Source of the DNA: Klebsormidium nitens
Lineage: Eukaryota > Plantae > Klebsormidiophyceae
Direction of reading: 5' to 3'
NCBI GenBank assembly: GCA_000708835.1
Contig: DF237627.1
Location: 1 to 44,308 of the forward strand
DNA length: 44,308 nt
The notes below the pieces were generated by a model, which was given only the letters and a program-made list of their open reading frames with translations, was not told the DNA's origin and made no database searches. Within the stretch, counting starts at the first letter, position 1, and each line of letters begins with the position of its first letter. The position numbers and the translations under genes were made by a program. Below are positions 35,571 through 44,308 of this stretch, in pieces.

Positions 35571-38500
35571 CGGCAGGTTGCCCTTCCTGGCAGCCACGTG
35601 GAGGGCCGTCTGGCCCGTGCTGTCCCGGGCGTTTACAAAGACGCCGCAGCCCAGCAACCTGGATCACAAGATGAAGGATGAGTCACACCTCTTGCTTTAA
35701 CTCTCGCGTCCTTGACTTGGCTTTCCTTTTGGCACCTAGGGAACGATCTCCTGTTGCTTCATCCCAACAAAAGCTTTCGAGAAAATGAAGTCAGGGTCAG
35801 AAACCGATGAGAGTTTCGATCGTAGATGAAAAATGCAGGGGCCAGGGCGAGGGTCGCAAAATAACTCTAAAATAATGCTAGATTGCGCGCTTTCAAGAGA
35901 CCTGTCTAAAGCGACTCCGTGAAGAAGTCAATTCAGCTTGACATAGACGGATCGAGTTTTGCCATTCAGGACACCAGCGTTCGACAGCATTTAAGTTGCG
36001 TTCTGCTCTCTGTCAAAACCGAGTACTTGGAAACCAAACAGGCCAGTACTACTTGCTGATAAGCACAGCTCAGCAGACTTGTCGAAAACCGCAGCGGTGT
36101 GCTTGCGAACGAGCGTGTCGAGCGGTATTCGGGGCGACCAGCCTCACCTCTTCAGCAGGCTGATGTCGCCGGCAGCCGCAGCCGCGCACAGATCGCCTCC
36201 CTCGTCTTCCAGAAGGAGCTCCGCCCCCGCGTTGCGGAGAGCGGTTGCACAGGGCACGTGGCCGCTTCTGATTGCTTCCCACAGCGGGGTGCTTCCAAGA
36301 TAGTCTGCACGGGGAAAGAGGGCAGAGCGTATAAGGATTAGGAGCAGATTGAGACGTGGCGCAATATGTAAGAGCGGGCGGCGAACCTGTATGAATCTTC
36401 CCGCACCCGACCCGCACGACCTTCTCCCCGCTGAGGCCCGCGATCGCTTCCGGCCTACCAGCGCTCTTAGAATGATATGCATTAGCTGATCAGACACAGG
36501 CTAAGCCCTTCAGATCTAGAAGATCTCGTGCATCTCGCTCGCAGCGAAATTTGTGATTGCTTCTGGGTGGAGTGATTTTTCACAGCTTCATGTCCTCTCC
36601 GCTAAACCTCCGATTCGAGTGAACGGAGAATCAGACATAGAGTAGAAATACGTCCTGCCAAACAGAACTTGGATATACGACCTGCCTCAAAAGATGTTTT
36701 CATGAGCAATAACAGGCAGTCACGCCCCAAGAGACAGGACTTGTCAACTCTGCAAACCGCGGCTTTTCTCTGGGCGTTTTGCTGACAACTTCAACCCTGA
36801 AGTTCAACACGTGCAAAACCCTCACCTTTGGCGTTGACGTCAGCGCCCTGGTTGATGAGCGTCTTGACGCATTCCGTGTGTCCCCGAGCGGCCGCGAGGT
36901 GCTGCGCAACAGACAACAGAACGATTATGAGCAATTCCGGAGCGCGCAGTCCGAACCGGAACGGGATGGGCATTAAATGACCCGCTGTGTCACATTCCTC
37001 AGGATGAACTGGGGCCAGCAGGTCCTCACAGGTGTCACGGTAACGAGAGCTCCGTCACAATGCCGTCAAAATCCCGACCGTCGATACTGGTGATCGCGCC
37101 CAAAATCAGAGTTGACTTCCTTAGATCAAAGAAGCTCAGTGAAAAGTGAGAGATACCAAAAGAGAGAAACCGCTTCGCATCGTAGAAGAGGGCCATACTC
37201 TGACACCCGTTAGCCATTTCAGATTTAATCTTCGACCGGTCGCGCCCAACGCCCGGTGGTCGCCATCCGAGCACTTACGAGCGGCGTCCGCGCCTGACTG
37301 TCCGCCAGGAAGAGGACGTCCGGGCAGTCGTGCCCCTGCAGGATCTGGCGCAGGGTTTCGAGGCTACCGCTGGCGGCCGCGTCGCACGCGGCCGCGCCGA
37401 TCTCGATGTCGTGCTGCGCGAGCAGCTCCTGGATTTGGGCCGCCATCGCGTGGTGCTCGCGCGCAGCCGGTGACGTCAGCGGGCTGCCGTCCGAGACGCG
37501 CTGCAAGAGAGACGGGAGTAAATAAGTTCGGGTTCTGATATGACTAATGAGCGTTTAAAGAAGGGCAATTACGTGGTGCTCGCGGCGGTTAGGGACGTCA
37601 GCGGGCTGCCGTCAGAAACGCGCTGCAAACCAAAGGACGAGAGATGATAGCTTGGACTGAGCATGCATATGCGTGCTGTCCGGGACGCAACTCAGAAGGG
37701 CAAAAGGAGATACTGTGTGGAGGGAAGTAGAACTAAAACTCTGTGTGTAAGTACATCTGGTAACTTGCATGGTTGCTTTCTGCTTTCTGCTTTCCTGAAT
37801 ATCGAGCAGGCTGCAAGCAGGATCAAAAATCCAAGAACACTCTGCAGAGTCTTCACCTTGACTGGGCGACAAAAGGGCTGACGCTTCTGCGAGGGAATCG
37901 CCCGACGATGTTCGCTGGACAGCGCTCATAAGCCATCAGAAACTTGCCGACCTATGTTTCCGTTTCCGTTTCCATTCCCGTTTCCGTTCGACACTCACCA
38001 CTTTGAGGTTGTAGTACACCTGGCGCGCGTCCTTCATGTACGTCCGCAAGATGTCCGTCAGATTGTCCCGCTCTAGTTTCAGCACGGTCGTCAGGCTGGT
38101 GGTGCGCACCGTGAACAGCTGCCGCGCATTCGTCAGCACTGCAACCTTGCCGAACACGCCGCCGCGGCTGATGGAGTTCATGGGCTGCCCGGTGCGGGGG
38201 TCCTCGCGCACCTGGGAGGATTTTAGGGTTTGGATTTGATATTATGAGGGTTTATGGGGTTAAGGGGTTGAAAAATCTGAGGATCTTGAGGAGTCAAAGA
38301 ATTGCGTTCATGGGATGCCCGGTCCGTGGTTCCTCGCGCACCTGGGTGGGTTTTAAGGATTTAAGTTTTGAAGGGTTGAAGGGTTTGTAGGGGTCAAGGG
38401 TTTAAGGATTTAAGTTTTGAAGGGTTGGAGGGTTTGTAGGGGTCAAGGGTTTACTGGTTTAAGGGTTTCAGGGTTTATGGGTTTGAGGTGTTTCAGGGTT

Positions 38501-41500
38501 TAAGGGTTTGAGGTTAAGGGTTTAAGGATTTGAGGCTTTAAGGGTATGAGGGTTTAAGGGTTTGAGGGTTGAAAAGTTTGGGAGTCTCGTGTCTGAGGGC
38601 AATTGAGATTGGGGGTCTCAGATTTTGAGAATGTAAGATCTGATGGGTTTCGAAGCCTCAAGGGCTTGAGGAACGCTCAGAGGGCCTGAGGGACTGAAAA
38701 GGGGCGAGTCGTAGACGCACCTTCGTGGGAACAGTCTGCACTATTAACGCATTGAGTGCAACTTTGAATCCAGGTTTATCTGCAATAACGAACTACTATT
38801 GAGCCCACTTCGTCGGCCACTCTTTCTACCAATCCGCGCTATCTGACTCAGACTATTGTTGGCTTGCATGATGATCATAGAGTCAAGAACCTTCAAGACT
38901 ATGCTCAAGCAGCGCCTAATTCGCTAGAAGCTGTTATACAGAACATGATTGGACCATCTTGGAAGCAACGAATTAGGGAGTGGGGACGGGATGGCGACGA
39001 AGAATGTTGCCCCTTCAAAGCAGCAAAGGAGGCCGGGGCGTAAAAGAAAGGGGATTTTACTTAAGAACTGGGTTTACTGACCAGCGTCCCGGAGACGACG
39101 ATGTACAGGTGGGTCGCCACCTGTCCCTCCTGGAGCAGGACCGTGTCGGGGAGGTACACCTCAGAGGAAACCTCGGTTAACTGCGGTGGGTTAGAATCTA
39201 TGTTAGCTGCAATACGTCAGGGTTAAGGTTGGCGCTCATAACCCGCTTGTAAAGACGGCTGTGAGACAGCGAATAGCCTGTGCTACGAGAGGCTCCCGCT
39301 GGAAGGGACGATAGGTCGTCTAAGTTTCAGGATCAAACTTGGATGTGGATCGGAGATACAGGGTTGGCAACTTCCGAAGCGAACTCAACGCAGTTCTGTC
39401 GCGCTCTTAAAGTCTGTTCGATCAGACACAGAACTCCACCAGTGAAGTCGAACGACGTAACCACGTGCGTATAACATGCCTATGGATCGAACGTGCGGAT
39501 AATATGCCTATTCATCGACGGCTGAAGTGACTCTGGTGATCTGCAGCATCCAATCCTGGTGCCAATAGCAAACATAACCAGCCAACCTTGAAAGTAATCG
39601 GCCGCATCTATTCCTTGTTGCAGACACGGCACTGCCGTTGTCACGTGAACGAGCGCTTCCCGACCTTCAGATTCCGCTTCTCTTTTTCCAGACTTTCAGG
39701 CCAATGGAACATCAGCTTCTTCCTCGCAAGCTCAGTACCTCACCAGTTGAGAAACAAACTTGCGCGAGCAGCTCTGGAAGAGGTACGTCGATTCCACGAG
39801 GGGGGTGTAGAGCCAGCGGTTGATGCGCCCCCCCAGGCGGCCCGGGAGCATGTTGCGCAGCCACGGCTTTTCTTTGCTGAGCCACATGTCCATGCGCGCG
39901 TACGCGCGCAGCTCCTCCACCAGCTTAGGATCCAGACGAGTGTGCGCGGCGTATCTGGAGAAAGGTCACTAGAATCGTCATCCTTGGAAGGAAAAAGATC
40001 AAGCTTGGACGCTTAAGGGCGATGCCGAGCTGCCTAGAATAGGCGGCCAGAGTTGTCAAAAGGAGCGGTACATCAAGCAGCTTTGGAAACCGCCTCGCCC
40101 CGATTGTTTCAAAGCTCGAATGCTGCCGAACGGTCGTTTGACGTACACCAACGACGAGAGGTGGAGAGGGATCCGAGATGAACGCCGACTAGTCAACAAG
40201 GTGAACAGAGCAGCTCCAGCGCGCCTCTTTCCAGACCACGTCGACGTGCCACACGATGACAAAGACAAAACGGTGCAGGTTTTGAACTAACTACGCAGCT
40301 TGGTACCTGCTGTCTTGCCTTCTCTCTGCAAACAGACGGCGCCCAGGAAGTGGGTTAGCGCTAACCTGTTCAGGTTGTCCAGCTTCTCGTGGTACTCCCC
40401 CGCCAGGTCCGAGTCCTTAACCAGCAGCAGGGTCAAGCTCCCAATCGCGTATGCGAACAACGACATGCTATATATCCCGTAGAACAGCGTCCACCCGCGC
40501 TCGAACGTCGTTACCGGCATGTAGACGCATGCGCCCAAACTAGTTCCCGTGTTAACCGAGAAGTACCAGGCCGCGTTATAGCGGTGGAAAGTCGACCAGT
40601 TGACGAAGAAGTTTTCGTCCACGTTGCCAAAGATGTTTCCAGAGGGATCCCCCGAGGTGACGAACTCGATGTAGGCGGTGAAGTGCATCAGGCAGGCGGC
40701 CCAGTGGCACCCGATGACGACGATCTGGGAGGAAAAAAGCCGGTTAGTCTGAGGTTAAGCGTGGGTTAAGGATGGCTGTATACGACATTCTGGGGGCCGA
40801 AAAGGCGTGTGATGGGTGGGAAAACTTGAAAAAAGGGGTAAAGAAAGGGAAGCAAATCTTGGATAGAGGAGCTGAGAAGCTGGAAGCTGCGAAGAAGTGG
40901 GTTTTGGTCTGAGTGGAAGTGGGTTAAGGATGGCCGTAGATGGCCGTATGGGGGGGCAGAAAGCCGTTGGCTTGGCGAATCGGAGTGAGTGATTTAACTA
41001 GATCAAATAACTCTCAAGAAAGATAATAGTAAGCCAAGATAATAATAAGCCCCGACTAACACTAAAAACCCTAACCCAAAACGATACCTGCTCCGCACCC
41101 GTACCCACCCTAACCACCAAACTAACCCTACCCGTCCCACTGCGGTTACCTTACTATTATCTTGGCTTACTATTATTTTTCTTGAGTTTCATCTCGATCA
41201 GGAAGGCGGGGTCACGGACTGAACAACTGCTTATGTAGGATCATGAGTCAGCTGATGGGAGTTGCATCTGAGGAATTTGACCTTGATTCTTTTGCAAGGC
41301 TCCAACGAAGGCCGCTAATATTATGGTCCTCAACGAATCTCCAGTACGTGAGGTAACCATCCAAAGAGGCAAGCATGGACTAGGGACGGTACTCTGTTTT
41401 GGCTGCGCTTCTCCCATGTAAGTGTCTAGAGCACTGTTTCAAGCTTGGACACTGGATTCTGAAGCGTGAGTAAGCCGCGCAACCTGTGACGTATGCAAGG

Positions 41501-42847
41501 CTCACGAGAATCAGCTTGGCGAGGCGCGCGGTGAGGTAGCTCCAGAACGTCTCTTTGGCGAGGCGGCTGATGACGTGGAACACCTGCGGGAGGCGGTAGA
41601 TGCGCAGGCACGCCAGGAAGCGGATGACGTCACCCCCCCGACCAGGGGCAGGGGCACCGGTTGCCATGTACCAAAACAGGTTGAAGGGGATGGAGGAGGC
41701 GAGGTCCAGCCAAAATCCGTAGCGCAGGTACCTGCGGGTTTGTTAATTTGGTTAAGGTTCTGGTTACGATGTTCTTTTGGGTTTGGTGTATCGGATTTTC
41801 AAGGAGTTGGCAATTCTCAAGCTCGGGTTGAATGAGATGGAGGAGACGAGGTCGAGCCAGAACCGAAATTGAGGTACCTGGGGGATGTGGTTCCGGTTAC
41901 GGGGTGGTCTGAACTATGAGCGAAACAACCATTTGTCTGGTATTGGAATCATAAGATTGCCAAGCTCAGGTCGAGCTGGATGCAGAGGCGAGGTGGAGCT
42001 AGGATTCCGAGTCGGAGGTCTTTAAGTTGGATCTCATAAAAGAGGGTAATGAAGCTGGGGTGAAAACCCAGAGCCAGCCGCTTGAGGCTGTCTGACCGAA
42101 ATGTAAGGCTGGGAGTGACGGTCCGCCAAAAAGCTCCTTTGGATCAGTGCATGTAGCACAAAACAAAATTCTGACTTGCACAAAAATCATCGCAGGCCCC
42201 AAAAAGGGAAGCGAATTGCTCGTGGCAGCTGTGGATTACACCACAGCCATGTTACATGCATGTCAGAACCTACAAAGGAAAAAGCTTCATCATACGTAAT
42301 GCGGATGAGTCATCTCGCCATCACAATCTGCTTAGATGGGCCTTTGCATTACCTGTGTCTGGTTACAAATAAGACCAGCGTCAGCGCAACAATTGTGACC
42401 GCATGCTTAGAAAATAGTCTGGAGCATCAGATGGTTCGAAATCAGTGCGATCCAGTCCATGGAACTTTACCTGACAGCGATCTTCTTACGGTCCTCCACC
42501 AGCTGATACTTCTCCCTCTCGATGTAGGCCAGAAACCCCGTCCTGATGACCATATCAGTTGCAAGCAACGCCCCGGCAACCGCCTCGTATATGCACCATC
42601 CCAAAGTGGGGTCCGGCAGCATGGCCCAGATATAGGGCGCCGAGAAGGAGCTCCAGAAAACCAATGCATTGATGACGTATTGCCACTGAATGTATCGGGG
42701 GTGGTAAGGGTGGATGATCCAACGGCCGCGCTTGAGTGCGGGGTTTAAGATGTCCTGCATGAGCGGCTTTGCGGGGGAGTGGTCTGTGTCCGTGGAGAAA
42801 GCGCTGTGGGGGGAGGTAGGGAGGGAAAAACCGATGTCTGACGCCAT
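35448..42847 (-). CDS. Plant Shaker-like (AKT/KAT/SKOR family) 6TM channel with CNBD and ankyrin repeats; non-canonical pore
   Basis: Exons 42847-42471, 41731-41506, 40724-40366, 39954-39744, 39180-39082, 38211-37999, 37500-37279, 36901-36826, 36304-36148, 35658-35448 total 2151 nt (716 aa plus stop), all GT-AG and phase-consistent. Motifs WIIHPYHPRYIQW, YLVEDRKKIAVRYL-type S2-S3 linker (YQLVEDRKKIAVRYLRYGFWLDLAS), S4 LRIYRL, CNBD (LYIVVSG...FGKVAVL...QLFTVRT) and ankyrin repeats (RTPLHLAA, STPLWEAI, GQTALHVAA). Confidence 0.93.
37572..37628 (-). repeat. Intronic duplicate of channel exon 7 acceptor and 5' end
   Basis: TTTGCAG|CGCGTTTCTGACGGCAGCCCGCTGACGTCC versus the real CTTGCAG|CGCGTCTCGGACGGCAGCCCGCTGACGTCA; offset 122 bp. 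Confidence 0.9.
38214..38580. repeat. Degenerate telomere-like intronic tracts (about 8-nt NNGGGTTT units) with a 49-bp tandem duplication
   Basis: Runs such as AAGGGTTT CAGGGTTT ATGGGTTT ... AAGGGTTT GAGGGTTG. 38352-38400 and 38401-38449 are 48/49 identical. Confidence 0.8.
38306..38346 (-). repeat. Intronic duplicate of channel exon 6 acceptor and 5' end
   Basis: 37/41 identical to 38176-38216; offset 130 bp. Confidence 0.92.
41009..41188. repeat. Intronic inverted repeat (~40-bp arms) around a telomere-like spacer; possible MITE-like or foldback element
   Basis: Left arm 41009-41049 reverse-complements to CTTATTATTATCTTGGCTTACTATTATCTTTCTTGAGAGTT. Right arm 41150-41188 is CTTACTATTATCTTGGCTTACTATTATTTTTCTTGAGTT. 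The spacer contains AAACCCTAACC, ACCCTAACC and ACTAACCCTA. Confidence 0.75.
41827..41880 (-). repeat. Diverged intronic duplicate of channel exon 2 acceptor and 5' end
   Basis: CCCCAG|GTACCTCAATTTCGGTTCTGGCTCGACCTCGTCTCCTCCATCTCATTCAAC versus CCGCAG|GTACCTGCGCTACGGATTTTGGCTGGACCTCGCCTCCTCCATCCCCTTCAAC; offset 146 bp, 1 nt shorter. Confidence 0.8.
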
Positions 42848-44308
42848 GGCTGTACGTTTCTAGTTGCAAAGAGGAGGTGCGGTTTGGTCGGCTCAGAAGA
42901 GGTCGCTGCAAGAGAGGTGCTGCGTTTTGAGTTGCGTGTGACGTCTACATCAGACAAGAGCTATACACAAGCTCAGCAGGGGGATGCCTAAGGTGAATAG
43001 GAGACCAACTCTTTATGGATTCAGACACATGGAAGCAGAATACAGAGGGGCGAATAGAAAAAGGCTGACAAGCAGCTACGGGCTCGTTGTGGCAGCCAAT
43101 CACCGGTAATCGTGAAGCAAAGGCAGCATCCTGTTGGCCTATGAGAGCACAGGAACTGGTATCTGAGGAGCAACACCAAGCGAGGGGCTTGTACGGGGCA
43201 AACAATTTCGTGCAAGTGCCAGTTTGCAAAATACGAGTCTTTGACAGGACAGTTGCGAAACCCCCGGCTTGAATCGACAGCTCGGTGAACCTACCATGCA
43301 AGAGTGGGCCTTTCTTTGGCAAAAGTGTGATGAGCTTATACAACAACGGATGGAACAACTTTCTCAAACAAAATGTAGGTCAATCGATTTCAATGACAAG
43401 AATGATGAGAGCAAACCAGAAGCATGCGATCAGTCCTTCCAATTGAAACCCTGTCAATCAGTCAGGCCAAACCCCAGGTTTCGACTGGCTCTGATCAGAC
43501 AAAACTGCGGACTCAGATCTTCATCAATCTTCTTGCTTGCCCGTATCAGTCAGATGTCTCTGGGGGGTGCGTTCGCCTATGTTCAAAGGTTTTGAACGGC
43601 CCTCTTTTGGTGGTACACTGACTGTGTATGTGAATCCAACCCCCCATCAGTTGGTCAAGATTCATGAAGGAGTTGGAAAACTTATAATTCAAGCTTGATT
43701 TCAGGTAGCACATCTAGCTGCTGGTGGACAAAGGCACAAGCACCAAGCTTGTGTCTGAACAAACCCGATTGGCACAATCGAATGCACCCAATCGAGAAAG
43801 GTGTTGCACTGATCGAATGCAACCAATCAATCAAACAAAAGCTATTTCAGCCGGATAATGGCCGATTCCAGCTAATCTGATTTTTGATGAGAGCCTTTGG
43901 TGGTACCAGCTCGAACGCATGACTGCCACCCATTGTATGAAACAATTCAGCTGATTGCGACAGAAAACTAAATTGTATCCACGGTTTTACCTTTGAATGT
44001 GAGAAACCCCCTCCCTTGGACGCTTCTCAATATGACTTTGTGTCTGAGCTCCTTTCAGCAGCAGCTGGTAGTCTGTCTAGCTGAGTGATGAAACTCTAAA
44101 CACCAATCAAAGCAGCTCAATTCGTAAGGACGAGTAACCTTGCTTGCCCAGCAACTGCCACCTTTGTTCTGAGCTCATCTCAATTGAATCTGATCGCCAC
44201 ACCTTAGATGGGCTCTTTCCCAGTTGTATCTGCGCACAGGTAAAAGGAAGGGCCCCTCCCTGATTTGGCTAGCGTTAAGCTTAGCTTCATGCTTCTCCTT
44301 GAAAGCAA

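Noticed and set aside
37950-37990. (TTCCGT)n-like microsatellite next to the exon 6 donor
   Set aside because: Ordinary simple repeat; the Lys/Arg-rich ORF extension it creates is intronic read-through.
39195-39212. Possible micro-echo of channel exon 5 (CAG|CTAACATAG versus CAG|TTAACCGAG)
   Set aside because: 10/13 identity, partly forced by acceptor consensus; too short to separate from chance.
40781-40795. Possible micro-echo of channel exon 3 (CAG|AATGTCGTA versus CAG|ATCGTCGTC)
   Set aside because: 11/15 identity, mostly acceptor consensus; not counted among the echoes.
42900-44308. Short ORFs and possible splice sites upstream of the channel
   Set aside because: No coherent frame or recognisable domain; may be promoter or part of a gene beyond the window.

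Overview
Intron-rich eukaryotic nuclear DNA with GT-AG introns and GC-rich exons. The gene set (YABBY, BTB-MATH, ankyrin-bearing Shaker-like channel, THO7) indicates a streptophyte; a Klebsormidium-like alga is my inference, not something I can verify. Spliced models that close in frame were built by hand for YABBY (+), BPM (-), BolA (+), THO7 (+) and a 10-exon Shaker-like CNBD/ankyrin channel (-). Also present: a head-to-head pair of 2OG-Fe(II) oxygenase paralogs (the + copy has stops and has lost its iron ligands), a LITAF/BRI3-like gene with a 1-nt frame break, and a Cys-rich repeat gene with an unresolved model. The most unusual signal is a set of 'exon echoes': in four introns of two genes, the splice acceptor plus the first ~40-55 nt of the next exon is copied 122-161 bp upstream. 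The copies differ mainly at third codon positions, run into early stops, and in one case sit within telomere-like tracts. The channel's last exon also has two downstream tandem copies joined by perfect palindromes, and its pore reads TSLGACV instead of TTVGYGD. No rRNA, tRNA, CRISPR array or intact transposase was recognised.
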